A DNA stretch of 63,038 nt, filler included, from Octopus bimaculoides (lineage: Eukaryota), in NCBI RefSeq assembly GCF_001194135.2. It is 6 parts of 5 records of this genome, joined end to end, with 100 filler letters (N's around TTAATTAATTAA, not from the genome) between each part and the next. Parts side by side here need not be neighbours in the genome. Positions count along the whole stretch, not along the records: positions 1 to 12,672 come from NC_068994.1; 5 more parts are not named here. One strand, given 5' to 3'. The translations under genes were made by a program, and so were the position numbers. The notes under the pieces are model-generated. The model made no database searches. It was not told the origin of the DNA and saw nothing but the letters and a program-made list of their open reading frames with translations. Shown here piece after piece: positions 1-11,454 of the stretch. Numbering within the stretch: position 1 is the stretch's first letter; the number at the start of each line of letters is the position of its first letter.

Positions 1-49
<49 letters not shown>

Positions 50-50
50 A
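1..50. repeat. (CA)n microsatellite
   Basis: Near-perfect CA dinucleotide run at the window start. Confidence 0.95.
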
Positions 51-57
51 CTTATTT

Positions 58-392
58 ATGTATTAAAATATATAAAATCTTAGGACAAGATGACATCGAA
101 AATAAATACATGCACATATTTATATATTTTTTTCTCCGGACACGAATTCGTGTTTCTAATAACCCTACGTTTAAAATAAAGTGAAAGACAGTAAGAGAAT
201 CATAAGAGATATATACTGATTATATACAGACTGGCCATACTGGAAAGGAAAAACCAGAAAGCTACGATGCAGTCGAAATATTGATAAATCATTTACGGAT
301 TTACTATCCATAAAACACTTAATAAGAGCGCTCGGTTCTCCGAAATTGATTGCAACTTGATATTTAAAACTTGTAGAAGTGAACTGCAATGT
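58..392 (+). repeat. Left arm of long inverted duplication 1 (partner 1326-1708)
   Basis: The reverse complement aligns colinearly with 1326-1708. An exact 28-nt match links 269-296 (gcagtcgaaatattgataaatcatttac) to 1420-1447. Confidence 0.9.
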
Positions 393-866
393 TTGCTCTG
401 ACGCAGCAAAACAGCCGCAGTGAACTTAACAAATTCCAGCAAAGATAATGCACCAGCAATAATAAAGCTTTCTAGAGGTTTTTTTTCATCTTTCAATTTC
501 ACCACAATAACCATGCATTTAACGTCGTGCTATCCGCTTTTAAAATGGCTGAGTTTACTTCATTCAAGCAAGTGCTGTACAGCAAGCATAAAGTACAAGA
601 CACGAAATGCCTTTTCTTTTTCAAGTTGTGTCAGTATGATCTGTTTGTCGAAACTCTGCTATACCATCAAGTCCCATTCAATTACACATGGAAAAAAAAA
701 ACAGAAATAGAGATAAAGAAAGCGAAGTGTCTTTGTTGAAAGCCAGCCTAAGTTTTCACATGCGAAATGCTCAGATGCTGGAAACTGTCCATGTAATCTA
801 TGTATGCCTCTGTTGGTAAAGCCAATGGTATTAGTGAAGAGGTTGAACAAACACACACACACACAT

Positions 867-1033
867 GACGGGCTTTCATACAGTTTCCGTCCTCCAAATT
901 CACTTACAATACATATTGATCGGTCCAGAGCTATAGCAGAAGATACTTGCCCCAGATGCCGTGCAGTGGAACTGAACCCAAAACCACGTAGTTGCAAAAC
1001 GAACTTCTTAACCACAAAGTCGTGTCTGCGCCT
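867..1033 (-). mobile_element. SINE family B, tRNA-like 5' half
   Basis: The reverse complement reads aggcgcagacacgactttgtggttaagaag...gggttcagttccactgc...gaaactgtatgaaagcccgtc, then (TG)n. It matches the copies at 28931 and 35648. Confidence 0.85.
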
Positions 1034-1325
1034 AGGTTCAATAATAGTTTCAAATGAGATAAACCTGATTTCTTTATTATTGAATTAGGTATATTTTGTT
1101 TACATAATTAAATTTCGAAATACACAATTAATTTAATATATTATTATCTAGACTGCTATAGACGCACTGTAAAACGATTTCATTTCTTAGATGAAAGTTA
1201 TCTTTTCAAGAGAAATTCGAATGTTCTATAAAATCAAATATCACCCCATTGAGAACAATTCTGGACCATTTATAGATAGTTTTTAACCTAAGCAACGCTT
1301 GCATTTTGAAAGTTATTAATATAAC

Positions 1326-1708
1326 AGTCCGCTCCTGTAAGTTGATTTTAAATAACATTTTTGCAATTAATTCCGGGGAATCGAGCGCTCTTATAAAGTA
1401 TTTTATGGATAGTAAATTTGTAAATGATTTATCAATATTTCGACTGCGTTCGTAGCTTTCTAGTCTTTTTCCTTTTCAGTATTACCAGTCTGTATATAAT
1501 CATTGTATATCTCTTATGATTCTATCTCTTTTCTGTTTTTCACTGATGATAATGCCAGACTTTTTATTTTAAACGGAATGGAGGGAGGGGCCCTTACAAA
1601 AACACGAATTCGTATCCTGGGGAATATTTATAAATATATGCATGTATTTGTTCTAGTGTTTAATTTCGAATGTCATCTTATCTTAGCTATCTTTATATTT
1701 TAATTATA
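1326..1708 (-). repeat. Right arm of long inverted duplication 1
   Basis: Reverse-complement homologue of 58-392 with a few indels. Confidence 0.9.
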
Positions 1709-2280
1709 TGTGTATGCACACACAGAGGCGCACAAACATAAATATATATGTATATGTATATGTGCATATATACATAAATATATGTATATGCGTATGAGTG
1801 TGTTAGAGTGTTTACGCGTATATATGCGAAGATCTAGATTGAAAGAAATTATATTAACTACAGTAGATAATTGCTGAAACCGTCAGCAACGAGTACTATA
1901 GCAACATCGCTGTAGAACGTATACTATCGACTCCCAATGCTGTACTGAATCTGTGGGGAAGGTGCATCACACGAAAGCACCAGGAAAACGCCTTACAATT
2001 AGATATTTGTATTAACGCTCTACAGAATGTCATTCGGGTGCATATTTAAAAGAACTATGAGAGACCAAACCGACATAACAAGCTGGCGCTGACAAATCTT
2101 GTAGACAAAAATAGAAACACTGACTTGACTAAAAATGATAGGTCTTCTGCTTGCCTAAACACGCATGAACAGTTAAAGTGTATACTTATTTGAGCATGTC
2201 TCTTTTCCTTCGTTCATTTTAGTGATTGGACCTCGGGTTTCAGTCGATCAAATCGGTCCTCTACCCACCACCAGTACTTA

Positions 2281-2480
2281 TTCTTTTCTACTCTAGTCAC
2301 AAGGCCCGAAATTTTTGGAGAGAAGGCCAGTCGATTAGATCTATTCCATTACGCAACTGGTACTTAATTTATCGACCCCGAAAGTCGACCTCGGCGGAAT
2401 TTGAACTCAGAACATAAAGACAGACGAAATACCACTAAGCATTTCGCCCGGCGTGCTAACGATTCTGCCGGCTTGCCGCC
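2281..2480 (-). mobile_element. SINE family A, tail type 1
   Basis: The reverse complement has the head ggcggcaagccggcagaatcgttagcacgccgggcgaaatg, a B-box-like gagttcaaattcc, the core tcgataaattaagtaccag and a tail ending agagtagaaaagaa. Confidence 0.9.
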
Positions 2481-2499
2481 CTCACCGCCATAATTATTT

Positions 2500-2633
2500 A
2501 TTTTTTATTACCCACAGAAGGGCTAAACATAGAGGGGACAAACAAGGACAGACAAATGGATTAAGTCGATTACATCGACCCCAGTGTGTAACTGGTACTT
2601 TATTTATCGACCCCGAAAGGAAGAGAGGCAAAG
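2500..2633 (-). mobile_element. SINE family A, tail type 2 (5' part lost in gap)
   Basis: Same core as the other A copies, with the gggctaaacatagaggggacaaacaaggacagac tail also seen at 18993-19221. Confidence 0.85.
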
Positions 2634-3979
2634 TNNNNNNNNNNNNNNNNNNNNNNNNNNNNNNNNNNNNNNNNNNNNNNNNNNNNNNNNNNNNNNNNNN
2701 NNNNNNNNNNNNNNNNNNNNNNNNNNNNNNNNNNNNNNNNNNNNNNNNNNNNNNNNNNNNNNNNNNNNNNNNNNNNNNNNNNNNNNNNNNNNNNNNNNNN
2801 NNNNNNNNNNNNNNNNNNNNNNNNNNNNNNNNNNNNNNNNNNNNNNNNNNNNNNNNNNNNNNNNNNNNNNNNNNNNNNNNNNNNNNNNNNNNNNNNNNNN
2901 NNNNNNNNNNNNNNNNNNNNNNNNNNNNNNNNNNNNNNNNNNNNNNNNNNNNNNNNNNNNNNNNNNNNNNNNNNNNNNNNNNNNNNNNNNNNNNNNNNNN
3001 NNNNNNNNNNNNNNNNNNNNNNNNNNNNNNNNNNNNNNNNNNNNNNNNNNNNNNNNNNNNNNNNNNNNNNNNNNNNNNNNNNNNNNNNNNNNNNNNNNNN
3101 NNNNNNNNNNNNNNNNNNNNNNNNNNNNNNNNNNNNNNNNNNNNNNNNNNNNNNNNNNNNNNNNNNNNNNNNNNNNNNNNNNNNNNNNNNNNNNNNNNNN
3201 NNNNNNNNNNNNNNNNNNNNNNNNNNNNNNNNNNNNNNNNNNNNNNNNNNNNNNNNNNNNNNNNNNNNNNNNNNNNNNNNNNNNNNNNNNNNNNNNNNNN
3301 NNNNNNNNNNNNNNNNNNNNNNNNNNNNNNNNNNNNNNNNNNNNNNNNNNNNNNNNNNNNNNNNNNNNNNNNNNNNNNNNNNNNNNNNNNNNNNNNNNNN
3401 NNNNNNNNNNNNNNNNNNNNNNNNNNNNNNNNNNNNNNNNNNNNNNNNNNNNNNNNNNNNNNNNNNNNNNNNNNNNNNNNNNNNNNNNNNNNNNNNNNNN
3501 NNNNNNNNNNNNNNNNNNNNNNNNNNNNNNNNNNNNNNNNNNNNNNNNNNNNNNNNNNNNNNNNNNNNNNNNNNNNNNNNNNNNNNNNNNNNNNNNNNNN
3601 NNNNACTGGGGTCGATGCAATCGTCTTAACCCCTCCCTCGAAATTGCTGGCCTTGTACCAAAATTTTAAACCATTATTGGTTGCTAAATAATCTCACAAG
3701 ACCTCACCATTCCTTCAAGCCGTATCGAATGATGTTAGTATTGATTATGATTTTATTGTTTGCTATGAACGAGTGACCAATACTCATGATCTTTAAATGC
3801 CCCCCCCCCACACACACACACACATGCACACCTCCAGGAATAATGAGATTAATATGACATGTTCAGCTTGACATCTGTAACTCCATATTCAATCTACAGA
3901 AAAGCTTCTACGTGGTAGTTCAATCTACTAGAAATAACAGCCAATTTCTCTCATCTCACACGCTACCGTCTTTACAAAA

Positions 3980-4160
3980 TCTTTTCTACTCTAGGCACAA
4001 GGCCCGAAATCTTGGGGGAGGAGAGGCCAGTCGATTAGATCGACCCCAGTACGCAACTGGTACTTAATTTATCGACCCCGAAACGATGAAAGGCAAAGTC
4101 GACTAAGCATTTCTCCCGGCGTGCTAACGTTTCTTATTTCTTTACTGCCTACAAGGTCAC
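3980..4160 (-). mobile_element. SINE family A, tail type 1, internally deleted, joined to the 3' end of a tail-2 copy
   Basis: ttttctactctaggcacaaggcccgaaa...atcgaccccagtacgcaactggtacttaatttatcgacccc...ggcgtgctaacgtttcttatttctttactgcc. Confidence 0.85.
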
Positions 4161-4375
4161 TTGGGTAAGGAATGACCATGCTTCTTTTCTCTTTTAATAA
4201 TGCTTGTTGTTCTTGTTCTTGTTTCAACCATAGCTGCCTCTGCGTAGTTATTTGTGTTGTTTACTCTGTAAAACAGTAAAGGGAGTGGGTTGCTAGCACA
4301 TCACCCTCTACCCACATTTTTCCCATCCAAATCTTTACCATAAGCGGCCCTGACAAAATCCGATAATAGGTGTTG

Positions 4376-4534
4376 ATGCAAATCTATCTAATTACTCGTT
4401 TCTTTCTAAAATCAGGCATAACTTGGCTATCGGTCGACTTACAACACCGTTCTTCGTCTTGAATTTACTTGGTAGAGTGTGTTTGTTAATTTGACAACAA
4501 GGCCAAGGTGAGCTCTGATTGGCTGTATGCAAAT
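4376..4534. promoter_or_regulatory. Candidate cis-regulatory module: two octamer motifs plus an inverted CCAAT
   Basis: ATGCAAAT occurs at 4376-4383 and 4527-4534, with ATTGG at 4518-4522 beside the second octamer. The block is unique, non-repeat sequence. Motif presence only. Confidence 0.3.
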
Positions 4535-5298
4535 GAATTCATTACTAGGGTCCGGAACTCTCGTTGGAAAAAAATTTCACGGGAGGGTGATCAACTAATT
4601 CAAAGCCAGAGTCACGCACAGTAGCCATTGAAAGCAAGGGCTTGGCTAATGTCCTGATGAAATATGACGGCTTTCGTCAGTTTGCTGATTTTGCTTTGAA
4701 CAACCAGATGAGAGGGAAGGATTTCCAGACGATTGCTACAATGGAGAGATAGAGAATATATAAAGAAGTTAATATGTGGGGGCGGGTTGAGAAGTGAAAA
4801 AAGTAGGGATGATGAGAGAGAGTGGTGGGGGGAGCCTGTCGAATGAGCTTGGATAAAAAGAAAATCTGTCAAAGATATATAAAAAATACGGCATAATCAC
4901 GGCTGGAATAACTTAAATCATAAGTCTGTTCAGTTCCGTGTTAACATTGGTCTGAACAAGACGAAGGAGAGAGATTCACAGAGAATTGTCACTACGGAGA
5001 CATGAAAAAGAATTTAGTTTGGAGGATGGGGGTTCAGAGTTGAGAAAAAGTAGGAATGAAGAGAGAGAGAGAGAGAGGAAGAGAAGAGATGAGAAGGAAG
5101 GAAGGAGGAGAGAAAGAAAGGAAGGAAGAAAGAGAGAAAGAAAGGAAGGAAGAAAGAAAGAGAAAGTAGGAGAGAGAAAGAAAGAGAGAAAGAAATGATT
5201 GTGTTGGATGAATATGGGTAAAAAAAATCAGTCTGGCTTTCATTCGTCTTCTATTTTTCTAACGCACCATTGTTAACATTTATTTCTTAAAGCTGTCC

Positions 5299-5580
5299 CA
5301 ACCCATCACCAGTCCTCCATATCACCAATAAACCATTGTCAGTATTGATTATATAACGATCTCACAACCCATCACTAGTCCTTCATTGTTAGTATTGATT
5401 TATTTAAAAGATCTCTCCCCCCCCCCTCTCTCTCTCCCCTCTCACCAATCCTCCATGTTACCAACACATCATTATCGATATTGATTATTTAAAGATCTCT
5501 CTAGTCTTCACTAGTCCTTCAAACCAATAAACATGCTATTATTGTCGGTATTGATTAGTTTGAAGATCTCACAAGGCCTT
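5299..5580. repeat. Degenerate tandem array, about 4 units of 50-85 bp
   Basis: A recurrent motif, attgtcagtattgatta(t)ttaaagatctc(a)caa..ctcaccagtcct, has units ending in gatctc near 5363, 5415, 5499 and 5570. Confidence 0.7.
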
Positions 5581-5850
5581 TACCAGAGTCTCTATACTTA
5601 CAAGTTACAAGCCCCTCATCAGCCCCTCACCAGGACCTCATCATTTCCTCACTAACAACCCCANNNNNNNNNNNNNNNNNNNNNNNNNNNNNNNNNNNNN
5701 NNNNNNNNNNNNNNNNNNNNNNNNNNNNNNNNNNNNNNNNNNNNNNNNNNNNNNNNNNNNNNNNNNNNNNNNNNNNNNNNNNNNNNNNNNNNNNNNNNNN
5801 NNNNNNNNNNNNNNNNNNNNNNNNNNNNNNNNNNNNNNNNNNNNNNNNNN

Positions 5851-6120
5851 GTGTGTGTGTGCGTGTGTGTGTGTGCGTGTGCGTGTACGTGTGTGTGTGC
5901 GTGTGCGTGTGTGTGTCTGAGTTTGTCCCTCACCACCGCTTGACAACCGGTGTTGGTGTGTTTACGTTCCCATAACTTAGCATTTCGACGACTAATAGAA
6001 TAAGTACCTGGCTTAACGAAAGATAAGTACTGGAGTCGATTCATTCGACAAAAAATTCTTCTAGGCGGTGCCCCAACATGGCCGCAGCCTAATGACTAAA
6101 ACAAGTAAAAGATAAAAGAT
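5851..6120 (+). mobile_element. SINE family B, internal microsatellite plus 3' half
   Basis: (GT)n followed by tttgtccctcaccaccgcttgacaaccggtgttggtgtgtttacg...gaataagtac...ggcggtgccccaacatggccgcag...aaagataaaagat. Confidence 0.9.
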
Positions 6121-6384
6121 TGGCAGTAAGGATTAGTCAAAGACGCCACTCTAAGCCCTCATCAGTCTTTCCATACCATCGACACATCACCAACACCACC
6201 CACCAAAGGAGCCTCTACGGGGTCTCTCAATCTGCTAGAAATAGCTGTCGGATTCCTGACTCAACCTTTTGCCCGTCCCAAGCACATTCATAAGTTTGTC
6301 CTAAACATCCATGCTTGTTTGCAGATTTTTAGTTAGCCCTTGTTTCGTAAGTTCCGAGTAATATACAAGAGTAAAGGGTAAAGA

Positions 6385-6716
6385 CCCCCTACGGTTATGA
6401 ATGACCATCGGATTGCACCTAGTAAGCTACCCTCCGAGGCACAAGTCCAGGCAAGGTTGTTTATGGAAGACCAGCAGTCACCCATGCATGCCAGCCACAC
6501 CTCTCGACGCCACAGATATTATCCAAGGAAAAGGCAAACGCCGATACAGCTTGGCACCAGTGACGTCGCAATTCATTTCTACAGCTGAGTGAACTGGAGC
6601 AACATAGAATAAAGTGTCTTGCAAAAGAACACAACACACAGCCCGGTCGGGAAATCGAACTCACTACCTCATGACTGTGAGCCCGACGTTCTAACCACTG
6701 AGCCATGCGCTTTCAC
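6385..6716 (-). mobile_element. SINE family C (tRNA-derived head), body type 1
   Basis: The reverse complement has an A-box (tggctcagtggttagaac), a B-box (gtgagttcgatttccc) and gtgttgtgttcttttgcaagacactttatt...ttgctccagttcactcagctg. Confidence 0.85.
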
Positions 6717-7165
6717 TTCTGTGTAATCTAAAGCTACCTCATGTAAGTCCCAAGTTACTCTGGTGGATGACGAAAAGTTCAGAATATGTATTATATATGA
6801 TGCATGGACAGCAGGGAAATATGTGAAACACAGGACAAGCAAAGGGGGGAAAAGACAAGCTTGGGAAAACCTGGGGCTCACAATATGATGGGATGGTCAA
6901 GTTTACTAAGCCTTTTATTCTTCTATCATATGACTGTTCGATCACGACTGACCTATGGTTCAACAACAACAATAACAGCAACAACAACAACAGAGTCTCT
7001 ACTGACTGTTCAACAGAAAATAGAAATTAGTATTGATCAACGCATCAATATCTACATTACGTTCAATGCAATTACATTTCAGTAGCTGTTGTTAGTGTTA
7101 GTGAGGGATGGGGGGGGGGTCTAGTGGAGGTGGTGGTGGTAGTAGCAGCAGTTGCACCAGCAGGG

Positions 7166-7199
<34 letters not shown>

Positions 7200-8079
7200 T
7201 GGTTGTAGTATCAGTGGCATTGTTGTTAGTGGTGACGGCTGTTGTTGTTGTTGTTGTTGTTGTGTTGGTGCTGTTGGTACTTTATTTGGTTGTTTAGCGG
7301 NNNNNNNNNNNNNNNNNNNNNNNNNNNNNNNNNNNNNNNNNNNNNNNNNNNNNNNNNNNNNNNNNNNNNNNNNNNNNNNNNNNNNNNNNNNNNNNNNNNN
7401 NNNNNNNNNNNNNNNNNNNNNNNNNNNNNNNNNNNNNNNNNNNNNNNNNNNNNNNNNNNNNNNNNNNNNNNNNNNNNNNNNNNNNNNNNNNNNNNNNNNN
7501 NNNNNNNNNNNNNNNNNNNNNNNNNNNNNNNNNNNNNNNNNNNNNNNNNNNNNNNNNNNNNNNNNNNNNNNNNNNNNNNNNNNNNNNNNNNNNNNNNNNN
7601 NNNNNNNNNNNNNNNNNNNNNNNNNNNNNNNNNNNNNNNNNNNNNNNNNNNNNNNNNNNNNNNNNNNNNNNNNNNNNNNNNNNNNNNNNNNNNNNNNNNN
7701 NNNNNNNNNNNNNNNNNNNNNNNNNNNNNNNNNNNNNNNNNNNNNNNNNNNNNNNNNNNNNNNNNNNNNNNNNNNNNNNNNNNNNNNNNNNNNNNNNNNN
7801 NNNNNNNNNNNNNNNNNNNNNNNNNNNNNNNNNNNNNNNNNNNNNNNNNNNNNNNNNNNNNNNNNNNNNNNNNNNNNNNNNNNNNNNNNNNNNNNNNNNN
7901 NNNNNNNNNNNNNNNNNNNNNNNGTTGACCTTGCGTTTCATCATTTTGGAATCGACAAAATAAGTACCAGTCTATTACTGGGGTGTCGCTGTAATCGACT
8001 TTCCCCAACCCCCTAAAAAATTTTCAGGCCTATCACTGTTGTTGGCGTCCTTGTTAGTACTGTTCTTGTTATCATAATT

Positions 8080-8110
<31 letters not shown>

Positions 8111-8112
8111 AA

Positions 8113-8327
8113 GGCGGCGAGCTGGCAGAATCGTTAGCACGCCGTGCGAGATGCTCAACGGTATTTTGTCTGTCTTTACGTTCTGAGTTCAAATTCCGCC
8201 GAGGTCGACTTTGCCTTTCATCCTTTCGGCATCGATAAATTAAGTACCAGTTGCGTATTGAGGTCGATCCAATCGACTTTACCCCTCCCCCAAAATTTTA
8301 GGCTTTGTGCCTAGAGAAAAAAAGAAT
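8113..8327 (+). mobile_element. SINE family A, full length, tail type 1
   Basis: ggcggcgagctggcagaatcgttagcacgcc...gagttcaaattccgccgaggtcgactttgcctttcatcctttc...gataaattaagtaccagttgcg...ctttgtgcctagag. Confidence 0.92.
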
Positions 8328-10139
8328 AATTATTGTTGTTGTCACATTTGATAATACATAAAGCGCGACGGGTCACGATTGTGGCCGTCAGGCACAGGTC
8401 GACAGGCCACGATCGTGGCCCAGATAGATGCATTTAATTTATGGGCGTTTGCTGGAGTTTAATGTCACTCAAACGCTCCGATACCCCTCAGAATACAAAA
8501 GGACTAACAGTTCAACTAATGACTTTTCAGATGATGTAAAACTTGCTACCATTATATACTAAGAAGATATTTTAATTACTTTTTTGTTTGTTTTTTATAT
8601 GTGCATGGTGAGTCTCATTTTCATAAAATGTGCTCAGCAGTCCATGCGATGTAACTGCAAATCCCAGCGCTTTATGGGTTAAGTCTGCTCCTACCGTTTG
8701 TTGTTACTATTGTTGTTTTAGCTATTGCTATCCCTATTATTGTTGGTGTTGTTGATTAGACTGCTGCTGCTGCTATCGTTATTGTTGTTTCCCACTTATT
8801 GTTTCCATCTACAAATACATGGTTTCTGTCTTTGCTTATATTTCTTTCCAGCTATTTAACCAATACACTTTCCCAATGCATAACACCCACCCCACACTCA
8901 GGCTGTACCTTTCTCTGTTCCTCACTCTCTCTCACCCTCTCTGTCCATCTAAGTATACCCCTACAACATTTGTCTATTATACCACTCATCCCTCTAACAA
9001 TGCCCTTACTACGTCAAACCATAATCCTTCCACTCTCTAACTGTACTCTTTCTACCTATTTAACTATACTTTTTCTTTCCATCTGAGTATTTTTCCCTCC
9101 TACCATTTAACTATACATCTCTTCTCATCACAGGATACTCCTCCCCCATCAACTAACCAAAACTTCACCTACCCTCCACATTTATCTATTCATACACCTC
9201 CCCATCGACATATATCCCCGCCCTCAACAAAGTATCCCTCTTCCCCAACTTTCCAACAAAATAAATACATTTTTCATCCAACAAAAATAAATAGAATTTC
9301 ACCTGCCTCTCTTTGAATTCGAACCCGCTTCCTCGAGTTCGGAAATATTCTTTTTTTTTTTTTTCTTTGTGTGGCTGGAGTATACAGTCTATTAAATGGA
9401 CTACACTGACATTACCCAATTCCAGCTAGTACGAGGCTTCAGCAATAATCATTTCTGCTATAGGCACAAACCCTGGAATTTGAGGGGAGGGGTATAGTCG
9501 AGCACATCTACCCCAGTACTTGACTGGTACTTAATTTATCGACCCCGAAAGAATGAAAGGCAAAGTCGATCTCGGCAGAAAGCCTCCGCAATAATGAAGC
9601 CTTTGTGAAAATACCCTGCCTTTCAACATCTGTCGGTTCATTTGAAATTGGCTATGAAATGGTTTCAAATTCTGGATCAAGGCCAGCAATTTTAAAGGAA
9701 CTGGTAAGTCGATTACCATCGACCCGAGTGTACAATATTGTACTCATTTCATAGATTCCGAAAGGTTGAAACAAAGTTGACCTCAACGAAATTTGAACAC
9801 AGACCGTAAAGAACCAGAAGAAATGTCGCATTTTGTCTGACTCATTAGCTAGCCACCTTAAAAAATGATTATTAAATGATCTGGTATTTCTATAATCGGG
9901 CTCTGTAAGAGTATTGCGCAGTTGCTCACGCTTTCATCTTCAAATATATGTTGATGTCGACGTTCATATTTCTTTCCATCTATTATAACATATAATCACT
10001 CTTTCCCAATGTATTCGCTAGGAATTGATTCTAAATCTACAACTGTTGAGCATTTAGATCGATGATTAGAGTTACTGCTATTCTTCCATCATTCTATATT
10101 TTACCAAGAATTTTCCCTCCTTATAGTATCAGAAAAATT

Positions 10140-10314
10140 GCTCTATGACATTGTTTCCGGATCTTTACGTTCTGAGTTCCAATCCTGCTGAGGTCGACTT
10201 TGCCTTTCATCCTTTCGAGGGTCGATAAAATAACTACCAGTTGGGCGCTGGGGTCAGAGCAAACGACTTATCCCTCTACTTCGGAATTGCTGGCTTTGTG
10301 CCAAAATTTGAAAC

Positions 10315-10318
<4 letters not shown>
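10140..10318 (+). mobile_element. SINE family A, tail type 3
   Basis: A-family core followed by ggaattgctggctttgtgccaaaatttgaaacca and (TTA)n. The same tail occurs at 3607-3675, 22960-23130 and 26947-27123. Confidence 0.85.
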
Positions 10319-10345
<27 letters not shown>

Positions 10346-10347
<2 letters not shown>

Positions 10348-10598
10348 GTGAGAGAGCAGTGCATGCCATCAAAGAGACACTGGGGTAAAATATACGAAAC
10401 CCATTATACTCATCATGACTACCCGTCTGATAAGGGTACACCAGGGACATGCATCACAACCATATGTGCGCGACATGGTGATCTCATATGAAGATAAACA
10501 ACGCATGACCTTACAGGTGGGGCCCAGTTAGAATTTTCTTCAGGTCGAGTAGGCCATCCCGCTCAAAAGTTCCCTGAATAAGGGTTGTTTGAGGATGA
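10346..10598 (-). mobile_element. Probable 3' end of another interspersed retroelement with an (AAT)n tail
   Basis: A GC-balanced block abuts an (ATT)n run that would be an (AAT)n tail on the minus strand. Family identity is not established from this window. Confidence 0.45.
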
Positions 10599-10599
10599 T

Positions 10600-10865
10600 T
10601 AGAGTATTCGGCTCACGATTGTAAAGTCGTGAGTTCAATTCCTGGCCGCGAGTTATGTCCTTGAGCAAGACACTGTATTTCACGTTGCTCCAGTCCACTC
10701 AGCTAGCAAAAATTACTTGTACCTGTAATTCAAAAGGGCCAGCCTTGTTACATTCCGTGTCACGCTGAATTTCCCTGAAAACTACGTTAAGAGTACGCAT
10801 GTCTGTGGAATGCTCAGTCATTTGCATGTTAATTTCACGAGCAGGCTGTTCTGTGGATCGGATCA
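10600..10865 (+). mobile_element. SINE family C head, body type 2
   Basis: gtcgtgagttcaattcc...tgtccttgagcaagacactgtatttcacgttgctccagtccactcagct matches the 6385-6716 head. The downstream body differs. Confidence 0.8.
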
Positions 10866-10904
10866 ACCGACGGAGAGTCAGGCCAGGCCTCCAATCTTTT
10901 ACCG

Positions 10905-11000
10905 GCCATGTTTTTCTGGTTCTGCCACTAGTATTTATCTTCAGGAGTTTTACTTTTCCTTTGTGAATTTGTAGCCCAAATTTCCTCGATGTTGTCACCA
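10905..11000 (-). mobile_element. RTE-clade reverse transcriptase fragment
   Basis: The translation FGLQIHKGKVKLLKINTS resembles the GL-x-I-x-x-x-K-T-K-x-L-x-x-N segment that follows YADD in RTE RTs. Confidence 0.55.
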
Positions 11001-11414
11001 GTACTGCCGTCTTGTTCTATTATTGTCGCTGACTGTGAAGCACTAATGATAGGTCGTCAACAAAATCCATTCATTTTTATAATTTGTTTGTTTATTTTTC
11101 TTAGAGAAAATAAACTCCAAGTGCGAAAAACAGAACGATGTCTAGCATATATGTCTTCTGTTAGTGTTCCTGTAATTGTCCAAATCTCAAGAAGAAAAAA
11201 AACGACATTGTTTCCATGCAAGCTTTGAATATATGTTAGTTCTATCACTGTCTGAACAACTCTAAATAAAGTAAAGTTTACACGCTATTACCCATGATAA
11301 TTGCCATGCCACATTTAAGGTAACAAAATCCTGTGAACAACTGGTAGAGAGAGGGGGAGGGAGGGAAAGAGAATGAGAGATAATGAAAAAGTGGGGAAGA
11401 GAGAGAGGGAGAGA

Positions 11415-11454
<40 letters not shown>

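Noticed and set aside
293-1088. ORFs 293-514, 420-710, 659-1015 and 804-1088
   Set aside because: They overlap the inverted-repeat arm or a SINE B head. No recognisable domain or splice support.
5299-5580. Repeat-spacer-like pattern considered as a possible CRISPR array
   Set aside because: The units are degenerate and variable in length, the intervening sequences are related to each other, there are no cas genes, and the context is eukaryotic.
6640-6716. tRNA-like heads of SINE families A, B and C as tRNA genes
   Set aside because: A and B boxes are present, but there is no acceptor-stem 3' strand, and each head continues into a shared SINE body.
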